This document shows, one piece after another, positions 24,779 to 38,500 of a stretch of 64,000 nucleotides of DNA. The DNA is from Octopus sinensis (taxonomy: Eukaryota). Numbering within the stretch: the stretch's first letter is position 1; the number at the start of each line of letters is the position of its first letter. The position numbers and the translations under genes were made by a program. Below the pieces are notes generated by a model that worked only from the letters and a program-made list of their open reading frames with translations, was not told the DNA's origin and did not search any database. The stretch spans positions 6,696,001 through 6,760,000 of the forward strand of contig NC_042999.1 in the NCBI RefSeq assembly GCF_006345805.1, in the 5' to 3' direction.

Positions 24779-24920
24779 TTTCCATAAATTTTTGCGTAGT
24801 CGTTAAACCGATGCTCTAGAATGTATAAGCTCTAGAATTGCCACAGTTATCCACTCTCCTCGCGGTGAAGAATACGGTGCCGAGGATTAGGTTTAACGAC
24901 TACGCAAAAATTTATGGAAA
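24779..24920. mobile_element. 142 bp element with perfect 31 bp TIRs
   Basis: TTTCCATAAATTTTTGCGTAGTCGTTAAACC at 24779-24809 and its reverse complement at 24890-24920; TSD unclear. Confidence 0.75.
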
Positions 24921-25234
24921 AGATTTCCACAGCGAAAAAAAAAGAAACGACAGTGAACAAAGTTAAAGCAGAAAAAGGTACCGAAAGATATTGTAAAAGA
25001 ACTCCCATCTGACCTTAATTCCTTGTCAGTGACGAGTTATATCTTAAGCAGTTATTAAAGAATGCGATCACAGACTTCTTAATCGGAGACAAATATTGAC
25101 TTTCCAGCGCTACACAGCAAGAGAAAAATCTGATAAGCAATATTCTATGTTTGGGACAAACCACGCCTTTTCTATCTGAATATAAAGAAAGAAAGTTTAT
25201 CGCCATTACTTTGAACGTATCTTTCTAATATCAT

Positions 25235-25238
25235 TGAT

Positions 25239-25324
<86 letters not shown>
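25235..25324. repeat. (AGAT)n microsatellite
   Basis: Direct reading. Confidence 0.95.
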
Positions 25325-25397
25325 GGTTTCTTCACAATTTTCTAGATTCATCTTCTCCAGATTTCGTTTCTTATTTTCTTAATTCCTTAATTGTTAG

Positions 25398-26030
25398 ATT
25401 CTGTTGTGTCTGGGGGAGTCATTTTCTTTTTGTGCCTTATAATGTAACACACTCACCGGTAAAATTTCCACTTTTTTCTTATTTTTATTTTCCTAAAATT
25501 TTCGTTGCGTCTTGCAACCTTTTCAATAGTTTTGACTCTCTAAGGCACAAAAAGAAAATGACTCTCCCCAGACACAGCAGAATATGCTTCAACACACGAA
25601 CTCATATAAAGAATCTTGCAAACCAAATCCCAAAACGAAATTAATTGCTAGAGTTTTTCTTTCTCTCTTGAATTTAAGCGTTGTTTCGATCGGAGACTTC
25701 AGTCAGCATGGAAGGTGTCGATTACCTAAACTTTTTCTACATATCATTCTTCGCGTGTTTGGCGAACAGAACTTTCTGTATCCAAACACCATAATTATAA
25801 ATTTGCATTTCCTGCAGGTATTAAGAACTGTTACCTTTCTGAGTCATTAAAATTTGTTTCTGTCTTTGAATAAATTGTAAATCTTTGCAATGTATTCGTT
25901 CGTATCATTAAATCTACGCTTCCTGTTCTTCTTATCTGTTACAATGCCTTGGTTATTTTCAAAGTCGCTTTGAATGCGAGTTTCGTGTTAAATATTTGTA
26001 TCTTTTTATTTGTAGCTACATTCTTTCCCT
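25398..26030 (-). mobile_element. Probable Penelope-like 3' end with inverted pseudo-LTR duplication
   Basis: 42 bp inverted repeat 25398-25439 / 25541-25582; right arm continues into an A-rich decayed minus-strand region. Confidence 0.55.
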
Positions 26031-27076
26031 TGTTTCAGTTTTGCACTGCAGCCATGCTGGAGCATCACCTTGGTCAGCATAATTTACATGGTTGTTGTTG
26101 TTGAAGTTGAGAATTTGAACCGATTGTAACTGAGGTAACGAATAAAACATGTGGATGACTTTTGGTAAAGAAACTATAAAGAATATTCTATGTTGAGCTT
26201 TTAGGTTTAGCGGAGTTTCATTAATATCATATCATGTGCTATTTTCCCATAATCCTCTTTCATTTGATCAAGGTATTTAAAATTTTGTTACATTTCTGAT
26301 CTTTCTGATGTCTAAGGATGGATGTTTATGTCTACGACTCTTGTTTTCAAACTTTATTCTGAAAAACTGGAAAGGCATGTCTTGTCTTTTCTTATCTTAC
26401 CCATTTTACCCCGCCTAGAAACGTCCTTTATATGCTCTGACAGAACAGTGATAATTTTCTGAAAGTGTTTTGAATATGTTATACGTTTTAACTGCGTTTA
26501 GAGATCTTCATTTCGCCGATATAGTTTTGGCAAAGTAGTGAACATTTATAAAAAAAATGTATTTTCTTCAAAGTTACTCATTGTGGCCCACCTACTCTTA
26601 GTGGAAACTAGAAAAACAGACCTTCAGAAATTGAGTTTCCCCGTTTTTGTCTCTCTCTCTTTCTCTCTCTCTCTCACACACACACACGTACACTTCCACC
26701 CCACGCATCATGCCCTTGGAACCGTTACAACCACAAAAATAATTTTTTCTTTTTCGTAATTTTTTGTCTTTTTATCTCATTCTACATTCTGATACATAAG
26801 TAACTCACATGAAAGAAAAAAAACCAAACTCTTACCCTTTTTTTCTCTCCTTCATTGTGCTTTTCATAATGAAGGAAAAATCAAACACTGCAAATGGATG
26901 TATGGAAAACGAAATTTGAATTTTGAAAAAGTGTGTTTCTAAAGCAACGTTTGCAGTCATTCATTTATTTATTTGGTAATTTTCCAAGATTTTAATTCTT
27001 GTCTATAAGGGGCCCCGGGCCCCCATGGTTTAAATCCGGTCCTGTACATGTGTATATATGCATGAATGTATAAATC

Positions 27077-27165
<89 letters not shown>

Positions 27166-27944
27166 AGATAGAATTTTAAATTACCTTGATTGTAACGAAT
27201 CCTACAAGTGATTATACACTCACACACACACACACACTCACACACACGCATTCTCACGGACACGTACCTTCCCCATCCATATGCGTGTGTGTATATGTGT
27301 ATGTGTATTGTTTTGTTATCTGTATGTCATTTTGTAAGTGGATCTTCCAACGAGAAGCGCCAGAAAGTAAATTAATCACAAAACCAATGGTAAAATGTCG
27401 TACATGAATTGTTAGAGAGTGAAAAAATGTCTGCTTCACAATGTTGTCCAGAACATTGTGTAGGTGAACATAGTGGGAAAAGTGGAGACGTTATAATCAA
27501 TCATAACTGACATTTGAAACAGATCGTTAGAAAGATTAGCCAAGCATAAACCCCATCTGCTCGAGCGAGCTATTTGTCCTAAACACATCATTATGTGAAT
27601 ATAATACACGACTGAAAACAAGCTATTGTCGTATTAACATCCGCAAACTTTAATGGATAAATCTATCGAGGTATTTTTAGTGGATCTCAGCTAAAAGCTA
27701 TATATATTTTTTCATCATACGGAAAGTATGGATCCTTATGATCTCTACTATTGGCGTTCGACTCCAGGTTATGTAAATGAGGGGAAAATCTACTCCTGGA
27801 TAAAAGACTGTACTATCACGGGTAGTTCTTCCTTGAGGATTGATGCGAATTGACCTCACTGCACAAGGAAGCAGGTGTTCATAAAGTGTAGTGTGCTGCT
27901 GCAGATGTTGCTGCTGTTAGTGTTGTTGCTACTGTTAATGTTGT

Positions 27945-28305
27945 TGCTGCTGTTGCTGTTGCTGTTGAGCGAAGCGGCCTTCGTCCCAGAGCTCGCAAGA
28001 TCGCGCCCCTGTAGTGGGAGAAGTCCGAAACGTGGTCCTTTGCTATTCGTAAGACCTGCAGAAGAGAAAGCAGGTCAACTCCCGACATCGTGAGCATCGA
28101 CAGATGGATGAATGCGCATCCAGGCTCAGCGGTTGCGTAGGAAGTCAGGGACAAGAAACAGGAAGAAAGAGTGAGAGAAAGTTGGGCGAAAGAGTACAAC
28201 AGGAGTCGCAACCACCCGCTGCCGGGGCCTCGTGGAGCTTTAGGCGTTTTCGCTCAATAACCACGCACAACGCTCGGTCTGGGAATCGAAACCGCGATCC
28301 TCCTG
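27945..28305 (-). mobile_element. SINE-C with tail T2, ending in (CAA/CAG)n
   Basis: GGTTTCGATTCCCAGACC B-box and CTCCACGAGG domain shared with 31197; different 3' half. Confidence 0.8.
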
Positions 28306-28801
28306 CTGTTGCTGCTTAGGATAATTATACAGCTTCATCATAAAATATTCGTTTGTTGTGAAACCTGACCATCGAGAATTACGTAAATGCTGAAGTCACA
28401 AATAAAATACGGCTCAAGTGATAACGCATGAACTGTCGGTATTCTGCTCGTTATTCGGTGTCCTTTCTCAGGTGTCCAGTTATTTCTGGAGAACAGTGTC
28501 GGTCGGGGTGATTCACTTGGATGGTATGTCTGTCAAACGATAATGCAATTTGGACGGAGACTACACGTCGAGCAAATTTGCTTGATTTTACGTAGATTTC
28601 TGGAGAAGCATTAACCCCCCTCCCCTGGATAACAAAATGTTCTACTAAGCAATCAGAGATAGTAATAACTCTATAATACAAGAGAAATCAGTATGTGTCT
28701 ATTTCGAAATACATGGGAGACTATTATTATCAAAGGAATAGATTCCATGGTCCAGTATAACGTATACTGCATGATAATAATCTGAAGATTATATATATAT
28801 A

Positions 28802-29199
28802 TCTTTATATATAAAAGAGAAGTTGTGTGTCTGTCTCCTACGATTTAGATTCCTAACTACTCCCACATTTTGCGGTGCAGTTTAACCAAAACCGGGTATC
28901 TTATAGTCGTGATTCATATCGTGTCCTTCTGGGTATTAGCGCGCGTCTACGATGAGTCTACGATTAAAAAAAAAATTACCATAATTTTTTTCTATTTTAA
29001 TGCATTTTTTCGCTAAAGATATAAGGGAAGTAACTCTCTAAAAATGTCTACGATGAGTCAACGATTTAAAAAAAAAATTACCATCATTTGTTTTCCATTT
29101 TTAATGCATTGTTTTGCTATTTTTTGGCTATAACTCTCTAAAAAGGCTCATATAGTTATTTCCCTCACAAACCCAAGCAACGCCGGGCGATACTGCTAG
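28802..29199 (+). mobile_element. Non-autonomous Helitron, same family as 3810-4207
   Basis: A|TC start, hairpin + CTAG|T end. Confidence 0.9.
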
Positions 29200-29234
<35 letters not shown>

Positions 29235-29269
29235 TATATATAATATATATATAATATATATATAGTTGA

Positions 29270-29870
29270 AATTTACAGAAACACAAAAGACGAAGACAAG
29301 TGTATGAATAACAAGCAGGTGTATTAGTTCAAAGCTCGGGAAGTTGAGAAAGTCTTTTATGTTTCGAGCCTGAGCTCTTCAACAGAAAGGAATATGAGGA
29401 AATAAACAGAGAGAGAATAAAAAGAAAAGTTGTTGATTTAGCGATCAATCATGGCGACTGGTTGGGAAAAATAGTTTGACAGGAGAGCTAGGAAGGAGGG
29501 GAGATAATAAAGTACTGGTGATCTTAAAACGCAGATGCGCGTGAGTGTGTAAGTTTGTGTGTGGTTAGGGGCGAGTGACTTTGATGTGTGGATGTGTGCG
29601 TCTGTAATGTGTGGGTGTGTGGATGATGGTGTGTGGATGTGCAGATAATGGTGTGTGGTGTGGGTGCTGGGAAGTGGTCAGTGCTAGTGTATGTGGAGTT
29701 GTGTGGGGTGGGGGTGGGCATGTGAGTGTGGGTGAGGATGTAGGGGTAGGGGTGTGGTATATAGGAGTGGGATGTGTGGTAGTGTGTAGGGTTGGGGTGT
29801 GGATGGAGAGGGGTATCAATGAGGAGAGAAGTTGGGTAGGAGTGAAGAGAGGAAACAGGTGTCAGAACAC
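29270..29870 (-). mobile_element. Possible Penelope-like 3' UTR/pseudo-LTR with degenerate hammerhead motif and G/T-rich tract
   Basis: Minus strand CTGTTGA A GAGC TCAG GCTC GAAAC at about 29360-29390. Confidence 0.4.
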
Positions 29871-29958
29871 ACACACACGCACGAACTTCTTTCAGTTTCT
29901 GCCTACCAAATCCACTCACAAGACTTTGGTTTGCCCGAGACTATAGCAGAAGACTATA

Positions 29959-30237
29959 GTATCTGAAATGTATAGCATCAAATATCCATCGCGGCTGATC
30001 TTACCAATCGGTTTTGCATAAAAAATACAATGGAGCGTTAGATAACAAACCGATATATAACTTTACGCTCATCAGAGTTAGCGACTGCAGACACCACATT
30101 CTCTTCCATATCGGCTAACTCTGATGAACGTCAAGTTATATAATTGGGTTGTTACCTAAAACTCCATTGTATTCTTTACGCGAATCCGACTGGTAAGACC
30201 AGCAGGGATGGATATTTAATACTATACATTTCGGATA

Positions 30238-30238
<1 letters not shown>
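29959..30238. mobile_element. Foldback MITE with TA TSD
   Basis: About 125 bp imperfect arms, about 30 bp spacer; TA at 29957-29958 and 30239-30240. Confidence 0.8.
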
Positions 30239-30313
<75 letters not shown>

Positions 30314-30356
30314 ACACACAACATATGTATATATATATATATATAATATATATATA

Positions 30357-30730
30357 TAAATCCTTAAATCCTTAAAAATGTTTTAGCCCGAAGGCCGCGG
30401 CCATGCTGCGGCACCACCGCTGAATGAGCCACACTAGTTTGTGAATCCACCTCTGATACGTGGCACTTGATCAACAAGGGAGTTCGATGCTGCTGCCCGC
30501 ATCCGCGTCTCCTGTCGTGAGGTAGGTTCATCTGGGATTCCCAACAGAAGAGATCCAGTTTAGTTTTTAAAGAAACCCACATCCACACCTGTAAGTCTCT
30601 CAGGCATTTAGGGAGGATGTTGAAAAGCTGTGGTCCTCTGAAACCCAAGCTGTTGCAGTATCTGGACTGTATTTTGATGGTGATGTTGGAATCCTTGGCA
30701 CCACTGATGTTGGAATCCTTGGCACCAATA
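30357..30730 (-). mobile_element. CR1/Jockey-like LINE 3' end (ORF2 C-terminus + UTR)
   Basis: SLGFRGPQLFNILPKCLRDL..PDEPTSRQE..RAAASNSL across frameshifts; terminal (TAAGGATT)2. Confidence 0.82.
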
Positions 30731-30754
30731 TATTTATATATATATATATATTAT

Positions 30755-30795
<41 letters not shown>

Positions 30796-30796
30796 A

Positions 30797-30835
<39 letters not shown>

Positions 30836-31196
30836 CATACATACATACATAATACATACATACATACATACATACACATACACACACGAAGAGCTTCTAC
30901 ACATTTTTGTGACCTAAATTCAATCGCAATGCACCGGTGGTTCGGGGTTACAGTCGAAAAAAAAACACATGTCCAAAGGGCGACGCAGTGGTTCCGAAGC
31001 GGAAGACACGCTGCTCCGAAGTGAGCCTCTTCAGCCAAACCTGTTCCCATCACAGTTTTAGAGATTGCACAGCTGCCATACTGGAGCACCACTGTTAGAG
31101 ATCTCTAGTTGATCACAGCGGGCTCAGTGCTTATTTTACGAACGAAATTACTATTTAGACTTCGCACCTGTCTTTTAGGTAAACGTAGTCAATAGT

Positions 31197-31582
31197 GTGG
31201 AGGCGCAATGGCCCAGTGGTTAGGGCAGCAGACTCGCGGTCATAGGATCGCGGTTTCGATTCCCAGACCGGGCGTTGTGAGTGTTTATTGAGCGAAAACA
31301 CCTAAAAAGCTCCACGAGGCTCCGGCAGGGGATGGTCGTGATCCCTGCTGTACTCTTTCACCACCACTCTCTCTCTCTCTTACTTCCTATTTCTGTTGTA
31401 CCTGTATTTCAAGGGGCCGGCCTTGTCACTCTCTGTGTCACGCTGAATATCCCCGAGAACTACGTTAAGGGTACACGTGTCTGTGGAGTGCTCAGCCACT
31501 TACACGTTAATTTCACGAGCAGGCTGTTCCGTTGATTCGGATCAACCGGAACCCTCATCGTCGTAACCGACGGAGTGCTTCC
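31197..31582 (+). mobile_element. SINE-C with tail T1, full length
   Basis: TGGCCCAGTGGTTAGG A-box, GGTTTCGATTCCC B-box, tail ..GTCGTAACCGACGGAGTGC. Confidence 0.9.
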
Positions 31583-31726
31583 AATCCAAGTCAATAGTGA
31601 CGGGTCAATAAGGTAAGCACACAGACACAAACAACAAAGACTCACAAACGTACAACATGTAATAGTGACATATAAACACACACACATATGTGTGTGTATA
31701 CGCGTGTACGTGTATTTGCAAGTATA

Positions 31727-32018
31727 TAAGCGTGGCTTAGGGGTTAGGGGCATTCGGCTCACGATTGTAAGGTCGTGAGTTCAATTCCATTTTATTTCAC
31801 GTTGCTCCAGTCCACTCAGCTGGCAAAAATGAGTAGTACCAGTATTTCAAAGGGCCGGCCTTGTCACACTCTATGTCACACTGAATCTCCCCGAGAACTA
31901 CATTAAGGGTACACGTGTTTGTGGAGTGCTCAGTCACGTGCACGTTAATTTCACGAGCAGGCTGTTCCGTTGATTGTATCAGCTGGGACCCTGGTCGTCG
32001 CAACCGATGGAGTGCTCC
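31727..32018 (+). mobile_element. SINE-C' with tail T1 (internal deletion)
   Basis: Head like 4240; same T1 tail. Confidence 0.85.
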
Positions 32019-32476
32019 TACTATGTCCATATATGACTATATGTAAATATGCATGCATGTATGTATATCATTATTCAGTTTCATTTCAAGATTTTTTGCC
32101 AATAGAGAAAGAGCCGGTTTCTAACCTAGATTCAAGGCTCCTTCATTGGAATTTTAACATCAACAGCAGGGCATTTATGTAAGTATGTATGTGTTTATGT
32201 ATTTATGTATGTATATGTGAAGATTTGCATGTTTTGTTTTATGTATGTCTTCTCATGTATATACTTGTGTATCTAGACATGCTCATATATATTTAAAGGA
32301 TAAAATTCTGGAAAGTTTTACAGATTTTTACAGTTCCAGTGATGGATTAGATCTGTAGTCTTCAAATTAGCTTTCTCTTTTCTTGTTTTGAGAAGCCTAA
32401 TTTCTCAAGATTAGTATTTAGGCAGTGTGTTTCTTATCCCAGGGCCCCAATAATTACAGGTATAAACCTGAACTTG

Positions 32477-32646
32477 TATGTATGTATGTATGTATGTATG
32501 TATGTATGTATGCATGTATGTATTTATGCATGCATGTATGTATGTATGTATGTATGTATGTATATATGCATGTATGTATTTATGCATGCATGTATGTATG
32601 TATGTATGTATGTATGTATGTATGTATGTATGTATGTATCTATCTA

Positions 32647-32738
<92 letters not shown>
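32477..32738. repeat. (ATGT)n-(GTCT)n-(ATCT)n compound microsatellite
   Basis: Direct reading. Confidence 0.95.
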
Positions 32739-32739
<1 letters not shown>

Positions 32740-32744
32740 TTAAT

Positions 32745-32960
32745 GGTTTTAAATTTTGGCACAAGATCAGCAAAATCAGGGGAGGTGGTAAGTTGGTTAT
32801 ATCGATCCCGTTGTTCAACTGGTACTTATTTTATCGATCCCAAAAGGATGAAAGGTGAAATCGACCTGGGCGAAATTTGAACTCAGATCGTAAAGACGGA
32901 CGAAATGCCGCTAAGCGTTTCGTCCGGCGTGCTAACGATTCTGCCAGCTCGCTGCCTTTA
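32745..32960 (-). mobile_element. SINE-A with A2 tail
   Basis: Head, central domain and tail recognisable. Confidence 0.8.
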
Positions 32961-33409
32961 TCTTCCTGTGTATTCATTTACGTTTCTACACAAACACACG
33001 GTCGTGTGTATATATAAATGAATGCATACATACATGCATGCATATATACAAACGTACATGCATGCATATTTAAAAGGCAGCCATTACTCGCAAACGAGTC
33101 TCGCTTGGTAATATGTATCATTTTCCTGGTTTTTCGGTGTCTCTGTTGTTTTGAGCAGACAGAAACCCCATTTCGACCCCCTCCTCACTCTTGACACTGT
33201 GGAACATCTAAGATATGATAAGTGGAGGGAGAATGAGCTGCACCAGCACTCGGCTGGGTCTTAGCTTTAGCTGAGTAGGCTGGAGCCACTTAAAAAGAAG
33301 TATCTTGCTCAAGGTCACGTTGCTCTGCTTCCTTCAGGGGCCGAACTCAAGGTCAGAACTGATTCTGAGCCGAACACCCACTAACCACTAAGCCATGCGC
33401 CTTCACACA

Positions 33410-33454
<45 letters not shown>

Positions 33455-33489
33455 CACACACACACACACACACACACCACACACACACA

Positions 33490-33719
33490 CAAGGGACTAT
33501 ACAGAGAGGGGACAAACAAGGACAGACAAACGGATTAAGTCGATTGCATCGACCCCAGTGCGTCGACCCCCAGTGCATAACTGGTACTTAATTTATCGAT
33601 CCCGAAAGGATGAAAAGCAAAGTCGACCTCAGCGGAATTTGAACTCAGAACGTAGCGGCAGACGAAATACCGCTAAGCATTTCGCCCGGCACGCTAACGT
33701 TTCTGCCAGCTTGCCGCCC
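33490..33719 (-). mobile_element. SINE-A, one A1 unit
   Basis: Matches consensus; small internal duplication of GTCGACCCCAGTGC. Confidence 0.85.
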
Positions 33720-36432
33720 TGTATCCCCAAAGTATCTGTGTGTATGCGTGTGTGTGCGTGCGTCCCTGTGTGTGTGTATGTGTATGTATATGTAAGTGTG
33801 TGTGTGTATATGTAAGTGTGTGTGTGTATATGTAAGTGTGTGTTTGTGTGTGTGTGTGTGTGCATGTGTGTGTAAATGATAATCTATGTTCTTTTTTTTA
33901 CTTTTTAATGATTATTTTTTTTCCCTCACCATTCTCGTGGAACATTGTTAAAAAGATAATTTCGCTCTTCAACCTCGTTATTACCAAATTATTGATTTCG
34001 GAAGATTTACCTATGTACCAGGTGACGACTGACATACTACAACTACTACTACAACAACAACAGAATTAGTAGACCTATACTCACTGTTTACTCTTAATTA
34101 TCCCGCCATTGCTTTCATTGTTGTTTACTCTACAACAACAGTCACCGTTTTCTTCACTCCACTCTATGTTTATTCATAACATTAAACCAGTAATAACAAA
34201 AAACAAAAAACAAAATTAAAAAAACAACAAAAAACATTCTTTGATCTTTGATCAATACTTTACAATAATACCGTCTGCAGTGACGAGACATAGACCCATT
34301 GTGGTTGTTGTTATTGTTGTTGTTGTTGCTATTGTAATGACCTACAACGTTGTTATTTCATTCACTGCAGCTGCAGCAACAACAATCAATGCCCAGTCAC
34401 AAGCGTTGCTTTTACGTCATATGTTCCGGCAGTATTCGTGTTCACACGAAATGTCGGCAATTAGCTCATTTCTTTAATTGCTATTGGCATTATACCGTAC
34501 AACTAACTTGCATGTTCTTACGAACTCCCCCCCTTCTTAACAAGTCTCTACACGGTTCTTTCTTTCTTTCTTACTTTCTTTCTTTCTTACCTTGCACTTC
34601 CGTTTCCCCTCCCTTCCTCCTTGTACTACATCTCTGTTTGATGTTAAAACACCAGGAATTGATGCAGTCAACAGTATCTCGTTAACGACACCGTTTTAAT
34701 TCTCTTGATTCTTGTATTCCGTTGAGATGGTGAAATCTTAGACATTTTGCCGAATATGTAGCTATTTAGATTTCATCAAACGCTTTTGCTGTTCTGATAC
34801 TAAATTAGATGAGCAAAAACAAACGGGAATGACAGCATGAGAAAGAAAAAAAAACTAACACGTACACAGACACAGAAACTCACTCACACACACACACACA
34901 CACACACACACAACACACACACTCACACTCTCACACACGCGCAAACATACAAACACACATACATACAGACACACAGTAATTTATCAAGCTGCGTCAGAGA
35001 TGCGTTACGAAGCTAGCGTCCATTAGATTGCTCAATAAACGAGGTTTAGATCAATATAACTTTAGGTTTATATCGATATAATATTGACTGACTGGATTAA
35101 GAAAACAACTCCTCAAGGCGAATATATTAAAATGAACTCGATGCATGCAGGAATAGAATCGTGTTTTTAGAAACTGTATGGCGTACACAGAGACATAAGA
35201 AAAACCGCTGCCAACGGATAATAAATATGAAAGATTCGAGTTTACTCAGTATATGTACATTTGCGACGACAATGCCATAAGCCAAAAGCGAACAAAATTC
35301 GCCGGATTTATATGTAAAATAGGTTGTTAAGTAGAGTGTCTTCAAGTACGGTGTTATCTGTATTTAGAACTATTAATATAAAATATCAAATTACACCAGG
35401 AATATATTTCAAAGCAAGTGTATCTATTAGAATGGTCTGTAAACTAGGTTTAGAGCGATATATCTTGATATAATATGTAGATTAAATGATGTAAAAACAA
35501 TTCAATCTATATATATATATATTAAAATGAATATGAATTATATCCTGACAGAATTGTATTTCCGCAAACCGGTGAATTTCACAAAGAAACAAACAGAACT
35601 GTAGTCAGCTGGTAATAAATAATAGGAATTTATAATTAGTCAGATTCGAAAGCTCTTAGGTAAGGCAGCACCTTCTCATAATCAATCGACTAATATCCAT
35701 AGATTAATTAGGAGATCGAAGATGGACGAAGAGACGCAGTCGCTATCCTCTGTCTTTTCCAGTCATCGACCACATACATTTCTCCCGCCATCTTTCTCTC
35801 TATCCGTGCGGGCGCACACACGCACTCGTATAGGCCGGGCTTCTTTCAGTTTCCATCCATTAAATAAATTCAGGAGGCTTCGGTTTGCTCGGAGCTGTTG
35901 TAGAAGACACGTGGTCAAGGTGGCACGCAGTTGGAACGAACCTGGACCAATGTGGTTGCGAAGCAAACGTCTTACAACACAGCTACACCTGCGCCTATAC
36001 ACATACACACCACACACACACATAAATACGCACACTCACGTACACACACATATGTATTTATGTATACACATACATATACAAACACACGCAAACGCACACC
36101 CATGTACATTCCTTTGTGCAAAGATAGTAAACGCTTAACGCTTCTTTTGCACCAAATCTTTTAAGTATGACGTTAATCAAGAGAATAACGCTCATTTAGA
36201 ATTCATAACGGACATACTTGTCAGCCACAATGCCAGCGGTCAGTCGAAGGTCAGTTGGAATCATGTAATCTAAGAAAGATTATTTCTGCTACTATTACGG
36301 TACTGTCTACATGCAAACTTTCGAGTCTGTAAGTGGAACAGAATTATCCAGACGGTATTTAGTCCTGTGTTTGTATTTAAATGCTATCAATTGCTTTGTA
36401 TTAAACGTATCAAAAATCTACATAAGACCATT

Positions 36433-36843
36433 GAGTGGATGTGTGGTAAGTAGCTTGCTAACCAACCACATGGTTCCGGGTTCAGTCCCACTGCGTGGCA
36501 TCTTGAGCAAGTGTCTTCTACTATAGCACCGGGCCGACCAATGCCTTGTGAGTGGATTTGGTAGACGGAAACTGAAAGAAGCCTGTCGTATATATGTATA
36601 TATATGTATATGTATGTATGTGTATGTGTTTGTGTGTCTGTGTTTGTACCCCTAGCATTGCTTGACAACCGATGCTGGTGTGTTTACGTCCCCGTCACCT
36701 AGCGGTTCGGCAAAAGAGACCGATAGAATAAGTACTGGGCTTACAAAGAATAAGTCCCGGGGTCGAGTTGCTTGACTAAAGGCGGTGCCCCAGCATGGCC
36801 GCAGTCAAATGACTGAAACATGTAAAACAGTAAAAGAGTAAAT
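36433..36843 (+). mobile_element. SINE-B, full length
   Basis: Head, internal (TA/TG)n, tail with AAAAGAGT. Confidence 0.92.
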
Positions 36844-36962
36844 AAGAACATTGAGTATATTTTCAGACAAAATAACCATTTTTCTGACCCAATGATACAA
36901 GAAGTTGCAGTTCCATTTACAGACGAGGTTATTAATCTGTTATGAATATTATAGAAACCAAG

Positions 36963-37185
36963 TAAGGCGGCGAGCTGGCAGAATCGTTACCGCACTGGGA
37001 AAAATGCTTAGCGGCATTTAGCTCGTCTCTACGGTGTGAGTTCAAATTCCGCTGAGGTCGATTTTATTTTACATCCCTTTCGGGGTCGATGAAATAAGTA
37101 TCAGTTAAAGACAGGTCTATATAACCGACTTACTCCCTCTCCCGAAATTGCTGGCCTTGTGCCAAAATTTGAAATCAATATCCTA
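36963..37185 (+). mobile_element. SINE-A with A2 tail
   Basis: AAGGCGGCGAGCTGGCAGAA head; GGCCTTGTGCCAAAATTTGAAATCAAT tail. Confidence 0.85.
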
Positions 37186-37199
37186 GCTATCAACTTCCA

Positions 37200-38500
37200 G
37201 ATATATTGGGATATTGAAGTAGCATTTCTGCGTATATTTGAGACCGGGGATATGACATCTAGGAGTTATACAATTTTTTAGTGCGATCTTTGGATATCTT
37301 CGGTAATTTTTACGAGGTTTTTGCTATATTTTATATCAAAGATGTTGAAGAATGTCTTTGATAGTTACAGGTTTCTTAGCGACGGGTCACTGGTTCACTA
37401 CATTTACTACGTCGCAATTGACAAAGGGGCATCTATATAACTCAACTGGAAAATTTAGTGCAAAGAGAATTGTTCGACGCATCTGTTTATGATATTCGTG
37501 ACCTTTACGTTATTTATCAGCGAATTTTCTTTTCTTTTAGACATTTTGAAAACAAACTGTTTACTACTTTTATAATTTCCATCAAGTGTGCTATCCGTAT
37601 TTTCGTCTGGGTTCTTTGCACTTTGTTTGGAAGAGTCAATTCCTTAGATCTACCCTTAAGGTTTTTGTCTCATCTTCTCTATGATGTTGCTGTGTTGCCG
37701 CTTTATGAAGGGTGAAGCCAACGTGATAACCTAGATATTACTGTCGGAATTTGAAATTTGACCGTTAGATTTATCTGTCATCAGTCGGGAGTTCACTTCT
37801 GTTAGTCGCTATTGTCTGTTGCTTTTTTGTATATTTTAGGATTGTCTGCTGTGTTTTGTTTCTATCATTAATCGCCTGTTATTCGAAAGAAATTCTCTTG
37901 AGTATAGACAGGTTGTCCACTGGTGATTTTATATCCAGTTGTGTTTTGTGTTGCGTGTTATACTACGCTGTAATTACACTTATAGTTGCACGGGTGAATA
38001 GGTGTGTGAGTATTGTACTTCTAGAGATAATGTAACAGTTGAAGTCATGATGTTTACAACTTCCATGTTTTTAATAATATATATGAATGACACTGGTAAT
38101 ATTTGTAGCTTGACTACTTGGTGAAAAGCATGTTGTTATTCATAGTTTTTTTATTGTAACATATTTTAAGTAGTTTTCTGCGGTTTTCGATAGCGTGGTT
38201 ATCTATTCATCCTGGAATTTTATAATGAGCTTTATATATGGTTTATGTATTTTAATAAGTGCTGAGATGTCTGATATATTTATTGTATTTATCTATTTAT
38301 TTATTGTTCTTTGACTTGATCTATTAATTTGTTTGAACACCCTTTGTTGATTAACCTGTCTTTAATCTATGGTTTTACTCATATTGAGGCTTCGTTTGAG
38401 GAGGAAAATTTCAATGATCTTCTAAGGACGGCTTTTACCAATGGGCTTTTGCAATGAGGTAAATATTCGCCATATTTTTATGCATATGAATATTTATTTA
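37200..38500 (-). pseudogene. Possible fossil non-LTR retrotransposon ORF with zinc-finger-like motifs
   Basis: A-rich minus strand; YRCPFVNC..LQHL..CHIP pattern with stops. Confidence 0.25.

Noticed and set aside
26100-26420. Possible Penelope RT motif (KHVDDF)
   Set aside because: Too degraded to call from sequence alone.
27005-27045. GGGGCCCCGGGCCCCC palindrome and a TIR-like end
   Set aside because: No matching second end found.
35127-35345. Hydrophobic 72 aa ORF
   Set aside because: Non-ATG start, no convincing splice context, no recognisable family.
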